From Torpedo marmorata (Eukaryota), in contig OZ360219.1 in assembly GCA_977017645.1 (NCBI GenBank), positions 121,396,001 to 121,460,000 on the forward strand: DNA of 64,000 bases, given 5' to 3'. This document shows, piece by piece, positions 13,335 through 26,239 of the stretch. The position numbers and the translations under genes are program-made. The notes under the pieces were generated by a model. The model was not told the origin of the DNA. It was given only the letters and a program-made list of their open reading frames with translations, and did not search any database. Position 1 is the first letter of the stretch; every line of letters begins with the position of its first letter.

Positions 13335-15740
13335 TCTTACATTGTTAACCGAACCAAGCTCACATGTTCCCTAAAACAAATTCATCTTATCCTGTCAAAT
13401 TCCTTCATGCCTTAAGGTCTGCAGGCTTCAAGGCCTAATGGACCCCTTCAATCAAGACCTGTTAACCAGTTCACATGCCTGGTTAGTTTGAGGACTGTGA
13501 GCTGACAACTCCATTATAATCAAAAAGATCTGTTATTAACCCTCTCATTACACTTCACTACTCTGAGAAAGAGAATTCTTGAATTTTGAATCAGTGATGA
13601 GAAATGAACAGTGAATCTTTCTGATTCAGAATGGTATCTGCTCCTTATTTTTTCCAAAAAATAAACCATTCACAATAAAGCTATGTACAAAGGAAAACCA
13701 TGCACCACCTTTTCACATCCTTAATGCCCTATTCATATATACATTCTGTGGCTGTACATTGTTACATTAATCCTCTAATTTGCTACATACTTTAAACGTT
13801 GGTAAAATGGAAACAAAAGTCAGGAAGATTGAGAAAGACACATCAGTTCCTTTGTACACTGGTTTTAGGGATGACATTAGAGCCACCAGCTTCTAATCCG
13901 TCTCACCTATATCTCATCTACGGTGGCTCCTTGTAGTTACTCACCCTTCCATTTTTTGAGGGGCTTCCCCTCCAATCTCAGTCCCTCAATGCCTCATAGC
14001 AGAAAGACTCTAAACTGTGTTCCTTCCACATAAAGCCCTTGCGTCAAGCCTCAGTGTATCCTTTATCACGTATTCCTGCAGCCTGGAACATTCCCTCACT
14101 GACATCTCGGTGTGGTGGAAGATCAACGTTTCGGGCAGACCAAAGGATGTCTTTCACCAAGTTGATAGTCTTCCAGCAGCTCCAAATGTCTGTCTCTGCG
14201 TGTGTCCCCAGGAACAGCCCGTAAATTAGAGAGTCCTGTGTAACACTTCTGCTGAGGATGAACCATGACAGGGGCCCTTGCATCCTTCTCCACACCCTCT
14301 TAGCAAATCTGCAGCCTGCAAAGAGGTGGGCGACTGTCTTCACTCCACTTCAGCCGTCTCGAGGTCAACATGTGTGGTGGGTGATATTCCAGTCGTACAG
14401 GTAAGATCTGACCGAGAGGGCTCTTCTCACTGCCAGCCAGGCAATGTCCTGGTGCTTATTAGTGAGCACTGGCCTCGAGGCATTCCACCAGATGACCTGA
14501 ACAGTCTGCTCAGGAAACCACTCCAAAGTATTCATCGAGTCCTTGACCTCAGTGTCGCGACCATCTTCCTTTATAATTGCCTGGAGAGACTAGAATGTCA
14601 TTGTTGTTTATGACTCATTCAAAATAGATCCGTACCAAAGTTGAGTTGAGTTTTCCACGGTTTATTAAACCTTTTATAGGTTACTATATTATTACAACTT
14701 TGTTATACGGTACTAAAACTATGATTAAACAATTAAATGATGCTTAAAATGATACTTTAAATGGTCAATAAAAGTTTTCGGACTATTTCATGCCCCTCCA
14801 TCTTCGCAGAACAAAGGGAATCAAAACTGACCGTTTTCCTTAGAGCGAAAGACCTTGGCTAAGAATAAGTTTCTATGGAGACACTCAAAGAATGTTAACA
14901 GCGTCTACACAGACTGCTTGCAGAATCTGCTTGCAACTTGCATTTTAACCCTTACCGGCCCCAAATAAATATATCTAAAAAATAATAATAATTACCATTA
15001 CAAATAAAAAAATCAAACATTGCAGTATATATCGGTTAAATATTCAAAAGAAAGTGAAAGTCAATTATCAAAGTTTTCTGCTTCTTGTAAAAGACAGATT
15101 TTGGTAATTGGTCTGTTCAGAAAGCCAGTTTTAGTCTTAATCCGAACTTGACGTACAAGTCCTTTTTTGTCCTGGATAGTATCAACAATCTTCCCCATCA
15201 ACCAGGAATTTCGAGGCGATGAATGGTCCATGATGATCACGACATCCCCAGCTGTGAAATTGCGTCTGATCTTAAACCATTTCTGTTGCTCCTGCAACAG
15301 TGGAAGATATTCTTTCACTCATCTTTTCCAGAAAAAATCCGATATAAATTGCACCTGCTTCCACCTGCGGCGCTTCCATGCTGTAGTCTTTTTCAAACTA
15401 TTCCAGGATGAGAAGTAATGGATTAAGCAGGTAACTGAATCCATTTGTTCAGATATTATCTGAACAGCATTTGCAGTCTTATTTTTGATTTCAGGGTCTT
15501 CTGTTAAAATTTATTTTAATTTATCAGGATTTTGAGACCACTCCTTTTGAGGCTGAAGAAGAAATCGAGGCCCAGACACCCATATTTCATTTTTCAAAAA
15601 AGACGACTTTCAAACCTTGGGAAGCCAGATTGGCAGGATTGTTAACTACGTTAATATATCTCCACTGTATTGGATGTGAGATTTTATCAATTTCAGTGAT
15701 TCTGTTAGCCACAAAAGTTCGAAACCTTGTGGTTTTATTT

Positions 15741-16550
15741 AAGAAGAAGATTCAAGAATCAATTATTGTCATCGTAATAAGACAGTGTCATATTCCATGA
15801 AATTTCTTTTTGCCTGCTGCAAAGCAGACAGATTCGCCACCGGCAGAAATTGCCTAAGCGCCTCTAACATTCCTTGCAGTCAGAGAAAGAGAAGCAAAAG
15901 AGAGTCCCCCTAGAGTTACCGAGTGTCTGTAGATTCGCCTCCAGCGCTTCCACAGCCTCCGCAGCCACACAGAGTCCAGTCCAAACCATGGCAACCCGAG
16001 CTCCGGATCCGAACCTCCGACAGAGTCAGGGCGCCCTTGGCACCCCCTCGCATCCCGGTTCCGATACCTGGTACTCCTCCAGCCAGTTCAAGCCAGCCTC
16101 CAGCAGTCCGCAGCCCGGCGTGAGTCCCCCGACAGCAGTCTCCAGCAGCCCACAGCCTCCGCGGGTTCCTCGCCTCGAGTCGCCAGCAGCCCGCCGCATG
16201 CACTGGTCCTTCAGCCTCAGAGCCCCTCACTGGTCCGCCGCTGTGGTCACCATCCCGTGGGTCGTCTCCTCCGCTTCTCCTTCTCAGACGGGGGGTGATC
16301 TTCCCGTCCTCTGGTGCCCTGTTCCAGTCCTCCGCTTCCCGGAGTCTGCAGCCCCTCGTGGCTGCTGCCGGTTAAAAGGCGCTGCCATCTTGGGCGCAGA
16401 CCCCACGGTCGCGGGATCTTAAATAAAACCACCGTCGGCTCCCTCAACGGGCCGTTCAAAGCCCGTGCGGAACCAACGGCAGTCGACTGGGCGGTTGGAC
16501 CCCGCGGGATCTCCGTATCTCCGCTCCCATGCTCCCCGCGGGTTAGCACC
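15741..16550 (-). mobile_element. GC-rich SINE-like retroposon, copy 2, inside BEL pol
   Basis: Reverse complement of copy 1; interrupts BEL pol between ...SVLKY and NKTTRFRTF; no TSD visible. Confidence 0.8.
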
Positions 16551-17059
16551 TGTATTTGAGCACAGAGGTGCTATCAGTCCAAAATATGGATTCTATTAGT
16601 TTCATCTGCAACTCTTTTTTCAACATTGTGTCCATTCTGCTCGCCATGGTAGCAGCCATCAACTCCATTTGTGGGATAGTGACTGGTTTCAATGGAGCCA
16701 CTTTGGCTTTTCCCATTGCAAATCAACAAGTTACTTGATCCTTGTTATCATGCAGTAACAGGTAACTAACAGTTCTGTAACCATCTTCACATGCATCAGC
16801 AAAATGATGCAATTGAGCAGATGTTATTGTTCTGAAATTTGTGGATTTGAAGCATCTGTCAATCTTGAAGTCTTCCAGCTTCTGAAGATCCTGAATCCAA
16901 CACATCAATTTTTGTACAATGGATTCTGGTATCTCATCATCCCAACCAATCTTCTTCCAACACAAATCTTGCAGGATCTTCTTGGCAGTCAGGACCACTG
17001 GTGCCAATATTCCTAGAGGATCATATATCGAACTGACTGTTGATAGAATCCCCTTTCTT

Positions 17060-19186
17060 TAAAAAAAAAAAAAAAAATTATTTAAAATTTTAAATCACAC
17101 GATAATACATGTTTATAAAATACAAAATTATCAAAATACATATGATATATTTTCACTCTCCCCTCCCTCCCTTCCCCCTCCCTAACCCACCCACTGTCTC
17201 TACTCTACTAAAAAAAGAAAGAAAAGAAAGAAAAAAGAATAGAGTGTGGAGAATGTCATTCTAAAAGAAACAACTATAAATTAATTTTATCGTGGAACAC
17301 AGGTTCACCAGTCAGACCTGATATCAAGAGATCTTCAAATCCTTAAACCCACAGTTTTTGTATATGGGCTCCATACCTACAAAAAGAAATGATATTTATT
17401 ACGTAAATTATAGGTAATTTTTTCAAGTGGTGTATGCATGAACAAAGTTCTGCATGCCATCTTTCTAACCCTAAATCAACATCAGATTTCCATGTAATAG
17501 CAATGCATTTCTTAGAAACAGCTAAAGCAATTCGCAAAAATTCTATTTGGTACATATTTACCAGTAATCTCATTTTACTACTAATTCTTTTAATATCTCC
17601 AAATAAAAATATCCTAGGATCCATTGGGAGTGTCATTCTCAATACTTTATCTAAAAACCTTTTAACTTTCAACCAAAAATCATATATCTTTGGACAAAAC
17701 CACGTAGAATGTACTAAAAAACCTTCCTCTTTATTACATCTAAAACATAAACCTGATAATGTCGGATTAAATTTTTTTAGTTTCTTTGGAGTTAAATATA
17801 ACTGATGCAAAAAATTATATTGCACTAACCTATATCTAACGTTAATAATCTTCGTCATACTTTGTTTACATATTTCTTTCCAATGTTCCTCATCTATTGT
17901 TACATTCAGATCTAATTCCCATTTTAATCTTGATTTATGAATTCCTGGTTTAGGCATTTTTTTCTGTAACAATCTATACATTTGAGAAATAAATTTATTT
18001 ATACCCCCATTAATAACTAGTAACTCCAATTCACCTTGTCTTGGTAAGATTAAACTATGCCCTAACTTTTCAACCAAAAATGTTCTTATTTTTGTTGACT
18101 AGGTCGACTAGACAAGGATGTCCTTTGTCGCCAGCATTGTTTATTTTAGCAATAGAACCTTTAGCAGAATTAATTAGACAAGATATTAAAATTGTAGGTA
18201 TTAAAGTTGGAAAAGAACAACATAAAATTAGTTTGATAACAGATGATGTATTGATTTATATGACAAAACCTATTGATTCTTTAATGCAATTGACTGTTTT
18301 ATTGAGAGAATATGGGGAAATATCTGGTTATAAGATTAATTCTGATAAAAGTGAAATTATGGCATTGACACAAGGAGATTATAATAAATGTAAAGAAACT
18401 ACTCGATTTAAATGGTAAAATAATGGAATTAAATATTTGGGAATAAAAATAGATACAAAATTAGGTAATTTATATAAATTAAATTATTTACCATTATTCA
18501 CTAATATTAAAAAAGATTTAGAGAATTGGAAAGATTTACCTATAACTTTAATGGGAAGGGTAAATTGTATCAAAATGAATGTTTTTCCAAGAATTCAATA
18601 TCTTTTTCAATCAATTCCTTATGAAATTCCTCAAAACCTTTTTAAGGATTTAAATTCAATTATTAGGAGATTTTTGTGGAAAGGAAAGTTGGTTAGAGTA
18701 GGTATGGAAAAATTAACCTGGGATTACGAAATGAGTGGTTTACAACTTCCTAATTTTCAAAATTATTGTAAAGCAGCTCAATTAAAATTTATTAACAAAA
18801 TGTTTGATTTAGGAAAACCTTCTGCTTGGATTAGAATAGAACTAAATAATATAGGAGAAGATTTGAAAGAAGAAGTAATTTATAAATGGGATTCTAAATT
18901 ATTATTAAGAGGAGGTAACAACTCCCCTATTTTAAGGCATTTGTTAGAAATATGGAATAAACTGGATAAGGAGATAGGAGCGAAAGGGTTAATTTCTTGT
19001 AAAATGCCTTTATATCAAAATAAACTTATCCCATTTACTATTGATAATCAATTGTTTAAAATTTGGTTTCAAAAAAGGATTAAAAAAGTAAATGACTGTT
19101 TTAAAGCTGGTAAATTTATCACTTTTCAAAGAATTAAAGAGAAGCTTAATGTATTAAATAATACACTCTTTGCTGACTATCAAATA
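17060..19186 (-). mobile_element. L1 insertion with 5' inversion (twin priming), inside BEL pol
   Basis: 3' part 17060 to about 18085 on minus, inverted part about 18085-19186 on plus; TSD AGAATC(C/G)CCTTTCTT at 17045-17059 and 19187-19201. Confidence 0.88.
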
Positions 19187-19209
19187 AGAATCGCCTTTCT
19201 TGTGAGAGG

Positions 19210-20172
19210 CTTTAACTTGAAAATAAACTAACATTGTATTATCTAATATATTAAATTTTTCTTTTAACTTTTGAAAAGTAATAAATCTACCAGCTTCAAA
19301 GCAATCTTTTAAAGTCTTAATTCCCTTTTGAAACCATATTTTAAGTAATTGATTGTCAATAGAAAATGGTATAAGCGGATTCTGATATATTGGTGTATTT
19401 AAAGAAATTGATCCTTTTCGACCTATCTCTTTATCTACCTGTGACCAAATTTCCAACAAATGTTTAATGATTGGTGAATTTTTCTTTTTAACTGATAACA
19501 ATTTAGAATTTATTATCAGTAGAATTAGAATTTATTTGCAAAAATTCCTGAATTTCCCTTCTCATATATTCACAAAAATCTTTCCTTTTTAATAAAGATG
19601 AATTAAATCTCCAGCTATATACAGTTTTTTCTTTTTGCGGAATTATACAAGATATTAATAAAGGTGATGATCAGAAATTACTCTCGCTTTATAGGATGCT
19701 TGCGTTATTCTATCTTGAACTTGAGAGGACAATAAAAATAAATCTATCCTAGAATATGAATCATGTCTAAAAGAATAAAAAGAATAATCTTTTTCCCTAG
19801 GGTTCAATTTCCTCCAAATATATATTAAATTTAAATCCTTCATCAGAGTAAGAACTCTTTTAACAATTTTAGCTTTAACAGGTGATCTTGAAGTTTTAGG
19901 GTACCGGGATGATTGATGCCCTTTTGAAGCAGGTGGGAACCTCTGACTGCCACAATGAGAGGTTGAAAATGTCCGTGAACACTCCGGCTAGTTGGTTGGT
20001 GCAGATTTTCAATACCCTTCCAGGTACGCTGTCAGGGCCTGACGTCTTGCGAGGGTTCACCCTCTTGAATGATATTCTGACGTCGCCCTCAGAGACAGAT
20101 ATCACAGGGTCCTCAGCCTTTTCAGGGATTCTAGTAGGCACTGTTTTGTTCTTCTTCTCAAAGCGGGCATAG
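19210..20172 (-). mobile_element. Abutting LINE fragments: L1 ORF2 (19210-19510), L1 endonuclease (19510-19895), Rex1 RT (19896-20172)
   Basis: Peptides NSPIIKHLLEIW, DSYSRIDLFLLS...ISDH and GPDSVPGRVLK...FTDIFNLSL. Confidence 0.8.
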
Positions 20173-21847
20173 ATTGCCGCCTTTGCAATTCTTCTATAAG
20201 TTCTGTTTTCTTCGTCTTCTCAACACAGGTGCAGCAGCTTCAGCGGCGGCTACCATTTTATCCATTCAGTCGATCGTCGCACTCAGACATCAAACATGCA
20301 CAACAATAACTCCAAAACCAAAACAGTCTTCAAAGGACAAGTGTCAGTTTCTCCAAACTGTGTTCTTACTTGCAATAAACACACAGAAGGAATCCTTTAG
20401 TAAGGCTTACCGCTTCTCAATGGCCTTGGTGATGCTGTTGATAATCGTGCCTCCTTCTTCGATATGCTCTAAACAGAGCCCAATTGATCCAGTCCGAATT
20501 CCAAATCCAATTTCCAACTTTCTATTGTCTTAAATTCTGTCTTTTATTGACTAACGAGTCAATAGTTTCTCTTTTATTGACTAAATGTGGTGACTATCTT
20601 CCTTTATAATCGCCTGGAGAGACTAGAATATCGTTGTTGTTTATGACTTGTTCAAAATAGATCCGTACCAAAATTGAGTTAAATTTTACACTGTTTATTA
20701 AACCTTATATAGGTTACTATATTATTACAACTTTGTTATACGGTACTAAAACTATGATTAAATGATTAAATGATGCTTAAAACGATACTTAAAAAGGCCA
20801 ATAAAAGTAGTCGGACTATTTCAAGCCCCTCCATCTTTGCAGAACAAAGGGAATCAAAACTGACCGTTTTTCTTAAAACACGCAAAGAGAGACCTTGGCT
20901 AAGAATAAGTTTCTATGGAGACACTCAAAGAATGTAAACAACGTCTACACAGACTGCTTGCAGAATCTGCTTGCAACTTGCATTTTATCCTTTACACTCA
21001 GTATCTGCAGGACGTTCTGTGCTGACCACTTCCTGGTGGACTTGTGCTCAAATGTGTTTGTCTGGAATAACTTTTTCACAAACGATAGGTAATATGACTA
21101 GGACATTGCGTGACAAAGGACCAGGCCCATCTTTCGCAAGACCTGGGGCAGGTAGAACCTCAGCACATATCTGCTTCTCTTCTGCTCCTATGTTGTTAGG
21201 TGGTGCTGCAAAGCCTTGGCAAGTTGATGCAGTGTATTTTGAAGATGACACACATTGCAACCATTTGCAGTGGTGGTGAGCCATGAATGTCAAGGATGAT
21301 CGATGAGGTGGTGTGGATTGTTGGTTTCTAAATAGTTACAGGTTTCTTGAGGTTGAAAGAGCTACATTCATCTCCACAGTTGACTTTTTTTGACCCACTT
21401 CATGTACTTGCCATAGACTTGTGAAGATGCAGGGAAAGTAGATGAGGTAGTCAAGCATATATAGGGGATACTTTATTGTCCATAACACACAAGAGCAAGG
21501 TTGTGCTGGAACTGAATGAAACACAAGTTAGATCATGCCTACAATTGTTACAGTCTTGTTCGCCACATTGCAGGCAGGATGTGGAGAGATTTATGAGGAT
21601 GTTGCCAGGCTGGGAAATTTTAGTTATTCAGAAAGAATGGCTCGGTTGAGTTTTTAAAATGTGGAACAGGAGAGGCTGAGGGCATATTTAATCATGGTGT
21701 ATAATATTATGCTTGATTCAGATAGGTGTTAAAGAAGAATATTTCCCTTAGCAGAGAGGATGATAATTGGGGGTAGGGATTATAACTAAGAGAAATCGAT
21801 CTGTCTACCTGAAAGGATAGTGGATGCGGAAACTGCCTGATGAGTAC

Positions 21848-22315
21848 AGAATCAGAATTTATTGTCATGAACATGTCATGAAATTCATGGTTTTGCTGCA
21901 GTATTACATTGCAATTATTGCCATAAATTACATTTTAAAAAATAAATAAATTAGTGCAAAAATAAGAGAAAGTGAGGTAGTGTCTGTGGTTCATTGTCCA
22001 TTCAGAAATCTGTTGGCAGAGGGGACGAAGCTGTCCTTGTGCCGCTGGGTGTTCGTCTTCAGGCTCCTGTACCTTTTTCCGGATGGTAGCAGAGTGAAGA
22101 GGGCATGGCCTGGGTGGTGAGGGTCCTTGAGGATAGAGGCTGCTTTCTTAAGACACTGCCTCTTGTAGATGTCAGCGATGGAGTGGAGAGTGATGCCCGT
22201 GATGACGCTGGCCGAGTTCACAACTCTGTAGATTTTTCCTGTCCTGTGCGTTGGCACCTCCAGACCAGACAGTGATGCAACCAGTCAGAATGCTCTCCAT
22301 GGTACACCTGTAAAA
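21848..22315 (-). mobile_element. Rex1-type LINE 3' fragment
   Basis: ORF 21991-22257 (KDPHHPGHALFTLLPSGKRYRS); tail ATGACAATAAA(TTCTGA)n. Confidence 0.85.
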
Positions 22316-23904
22316 ATATATGTCAACACCCAAAAGGCTCCTGACTGGAAACTGGGAATGGAATCAGTCTCAATACCACATTTTTGTTGATCAATACAGA
22401 ATTTTAAATCAGTTAGTAATGGTGCTGTGCGGCATTGAGAATTATCTGACGCTAGTTATGAATTTGATGAGAAATGACATATGATGAAGTATTCATTAAC
22501 TTTGCTCACACCTGTGAGATAATTGAACTGGGTAAATATCTGATGGTGACTGCTTAGATTGATGCTTTGTCTTTTGCATTCACATTGCTGTGCTCCACTA
22601 TCTTTACAGGTAGGAATATTCGGTACTTTTCCTTCCATTTTTCACCCACCTGCAGATTAGATGCACCTGTAGCATGTAGGTTAACTTATATCCTTTATTA
22701 TCATGATCCCAAAGGGATCCCTGTTATCAACCCATGGCCCTGTTGTCTGCCACAATAAAATCACACTGGTACTCAAACAACTGAGTCACACCAAACAAGC
22801 TTTTTTTGTCAGTTTACTCATTCACAGGACCTGTGCATCATTAATAAGGCCAGTGGGAGGGGGTTAGCAGCTTTCTGTGCACCTGGAGTTACACAGGCCA
22901 GCATAGGTAAGAATGTATGGATTTTCTTCTTTAAAGGGCATTAATGAACCTGCATGGTATTTATAACCAGAGGAACGATAGACTACAGTACAGAAACAGG
23001 CCCTTTGGCCCATCTCATCCATGCCGAATTATTTATTCTGCCTAATCATAAAAACAAATCTGCTGAACCCTCAGAAAATCAGGCAGCATCTGTGAAAAGA
23101 GCCATAGTCTGAAATATGAACTCCATTTCTTGTTCTACAGATGCTGCCTGACCTGTTGAGTGTTTCCTGCATTTCCTATTTTAATTTCAGACTTCCAGCA
23201 TCTGCAATTTTTTTTATTTTCACTGAATATTTATGACAATCTATAGTCTCCAATAGGGATAGTAGGATTTGTATTCAAGATTATTTTTTTCAATTTATTC
23301 ATTTATTTATTCATACATTGTACACTCCTATTTGCCAATGAACTGAGGAAATAAATCAGGATCAACCACATTATTGGATCTTGAGGTACAGATATTCCCA
23401 ATCAGATAAGGACAGCAGATTTCATTTCCTGAAGGTGAAAGAGATGTGTTTTTCTGACAATCTAGTAGTTTAACAGTTATCATTTCTTGGGAATAGCTTT
23501 AATTTTGGGAGTACTGAATTTAAATTGCTGAATTATCATGGTTGGATTCCAACTCATATTTCTGAATTAATGGGCAAAGCTTTGACCGATAGTCCAGTAA
23601 TTTAACTGCTATGTTGCTGTAATATTAATCTCATCAATAATCAAATTCAAATTCTCCAGCTGCATTGGTGGGATTCGAACTCATGTAACCATATCTATAG
23701 TCCAAGCTTTCAATTCTTCTCCAGTAGCACAACCAATATTTGACCGTAACATGATTGTTGTGCAATCAATTGCAAAACCAAACAATTTTTATTCTTCCTT
23801 CAGGATTTTACAGTGACAGATTCTCAGAAGTCACAGATCAAGTTAATGTCCAAATGTTGAAATTGTGGTGGAGGTCATAAACCCAGGACTATTTTTTAAG
23901 TTTA

Positions 23905-24450
23905 TGTTCAACTTTATTATCATCTGACTGGACATATACAACCAGATGAGACAGCATTTCTCCAGACCACAGTGCACGCACATGAACACACAATACACAT
24001 TTCACAAATCCAAAACATAGTAATCACATATATACATAAAAATAAAAAATAATATGTTTTAATAACAGTTTCATTGATAAGAGACCCAAGGTTACAGGAT
24101 ACCATTCATCAATCTTTCAACCTGATGGAAGAAGCTATTTCCCAGCCTGGCAGTCCTGATTTTGATGCTCCTGTACCTCCTTCCTGATGGTAGTGGGTCA
24201 AAGATCCTGTGTGATGGATGGTAGGGATCCTCAATAATTCTTTGCGCCCTATTGAAGCAATACTCCCAGTGAACGTCCTCAATAGAGGAAAGGGAGACCC
24301 CAGTGATCTTCTCGGCCATTTTAATGATTCTCTGTTTTGACTTCCGGTCCGGTGCTTTGCAGCTACCATACCACGCAATGATGCAGCCAGACAAGATGGG
24401 GGTTGGTAACCTTGCCCTCCTCAACCTCCGTAGGAAGTGTAGGCGCAGTT
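23905..24450 (-). mobile_element. Rex1-type LINE 3' fragment
   Basis: ORF 24092-24424 (ILSGCIIAWYG...DPYHPSH...LPSGRRYRS). Confidence 0.85.
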
Positions 24451-24927
24451 GCGAATTTTGTTAATTTGAATACCCCTTTCAAGTGGAAAATCAACAAAAC
24501 TGAATTGTTTAAAAAAAGTTAATTTACGTCAAAATGTTAATGTCCTATTAATAGAGCATAGGAAACAATTTGATCTTAAACACGTAGTGGTCACCAACAG
24601 GAAATCTGAAATAACTTGAACACACAAACAAACACCTTCTGGCAGCACTGATTACAAGTCCAAGAACTGATGCTTTCACTGTTTGATGTCCCTTTTGCTT
24701 ACCAGTTACAATTTTAAACAATTTGTTTGCCTGCACAAAACTAAACAGTACATTATTTACCAGTTTGGATGATTACTTGTGTAATAATAGGATTTGGTAA
24801 GATGGTGTTTATGTTACTCGAGAAGAATCAAAAAGTTTACACCACGTAAATTCAAATCTCACATTTCTAGCTGGGGAATTTGAAAGTGATTATTAGATAG
24901 TTGAAGGATACAACAGTTGCATTCCGG

Positions 24928-25052
24928 AGTCTGCAGATGCTGGAACAACCAACAATCTGCTGGAGGAACTCAACCAGTTGAGCAGCATCAGTGGGAAAAT
25001 GTTTCGGGAAGTGGGAAAATGTCAGTTTCGGGCCGGAACCCTCATCAAGACT
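24928..25052 (-). repeat. Penelope-derived short repeat with a degenerate hammerhead-like core
   Basis: CTGCAGATGCTGG...CTCAACC...CAGCATC motif; minus strand TTGATGA-GGGTTCCGGCCC-GAAAC; related copies at about 23050-23210, 26745-26835 and 32644-32830. Confidence 0.6.
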
Positions 25053-25334
25053 TGAAATTAATTTACAGAGCAAGTAAGAAATTATCCAAGCTTCATTGTT
25101 TCTACCCCCAAACCAAGATCATCCAAATCTCAGTAATCAATTTACTGTGAACAGACAGCATGTGCGCATTGTGAAATATTTGTAAGGCACACTGCTATGA
25201 ATTGGCCTGTAGTGTATAATTAATGGCACTGCTGCAAAATTCTGCTGGATATACACTGCTTATGAATGTGGTTTGAATGCTGGATCAGGCTATCACTGTG
25301 AAGTCCCACTGGGCTATTTCAATGGCCTTTCTTT

Positions 25335-25960
25335 TTTTAAAAATATTTTATTTTTCATTTTCAGAAATTTTCACAAAACATTACTAAACAATCACAAAAT
25401 ATACACAAATTTCAAACGTTTCAAGTACAGAATACATTACACCCCTTAACCCTCCCTTCCCCACCCAAAAAAAAGAAAAAGAATAAAACCAAGACAAAAG
25501 AAAAAGAAAAAGAAAACTAAACGTATCGTCAGTGCTTACAACTTTTGTTCAAGTATTTGGGCATGTCACACCCTTAAAATAATTATACATTACATTATAC
25601 CATACCTCAGGGGTTTGATTACAACTGAGCACCAATGTGCTCCAAGTACGGTTGCCACACTTTAACAAAGTTATCATATTTATTTCTAAGACTATATGTA
25701 ATTTTTTAAGTGCATTTCCCAATCGAAACAACTTTTCCATTTCATTACACCAAGGTGGGGTCATTGTAGGACCCCATCTATCCCTCAAGAAGGACATTAG
25801 TTGAAGAAAACAGTAGAAGGTTCCATTAGACAAATCATATTTACTCTTCAATTGCTCAAAAGACATAAGTTGTCCTTTCTCATAACAATATACCCTTCTG
25901 GTGCCAAATGTTTAAGATTTTGTTACCCAAAACCATGGGTATAGTTTCCTTTTGGATCAA
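25335..25960 (-). mobile_element. L1 3' fragment (different family, internally deleted)
   Basis: MSFEQLKSKYDLSNGTFYCFLQL...; G/T-rich 3' UTR, AATAAA and A tail. Confidence 0.75.
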
Positions 25961-26239
25961 AGGTGTTCAAAGGCCTTTCTTAACATGACAAAGATTCTCC
26001 AGTCAGTGCTGCAACACTTTAAATCCAGATGGAATATCCACCATGGTAATAGATTGATTGCTTCAGGTAAGAATTTGTGTTGGGGCGGGGGGGGGGGGAG
26101 TGCGGCAGGGTAACCACCATGATTCCTACCACCAGGTATCCTCCTGCAATGCCACAATTGCCTCCTGGCTTTGAAAGTAAGTGGTGGGTGGCTACTTTCC
26201 CAAACAACTCAAGAGTATATTGGTTGGGGACCATTATTA

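Larger units (their letters stand above)
10744..13450 (-). mobile_element. Solo LTR (ERV/Gypsy-like, about 450 bp net), interrupted by a MITE and an L1
   Basis: TGAGGG...CCCTTCA termini; 5-bp TSD ATCAA (10739-10743 / 13451-13455); CCAAT (about 11031) and TATAAAA (about 10984) on the minus strand. Confidence 0.65.
14553..20996 (-). mobile_element. BEL/Pao LTR retrotransposon 1 (deleted, with nested insertions)
   Basis: LTRs 20586-20996 (5') and 14553-14955 (3'); 5-bp TSD CTCAG (14548-14552 / 20997-21001); Pao pol remnants (SSIYDPLG, LHHFADAC, WTDSTSVL, TFVANR; integrase C-terminus 15061-15318); PPT-like GGGGCCGG before the 3' LTR. Confidence 0.92.
13645..21170 (-). mobile_element. Tx1-type LINE 3' fragment split by BEL element 1 (parts about 13645-14552 and 20997-21170)
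   Basis: Minus-strand peptides LRFYLP, TNTFEHKSTRKWSAQNVLQIL (right part) and WFPEQTVQVIWWNAS...HQDIAWLAVRRAL, TVAHLFAGC (left part) are collinear Tx1 ORF2 motifs across the insertion. Confidence 0.75.
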
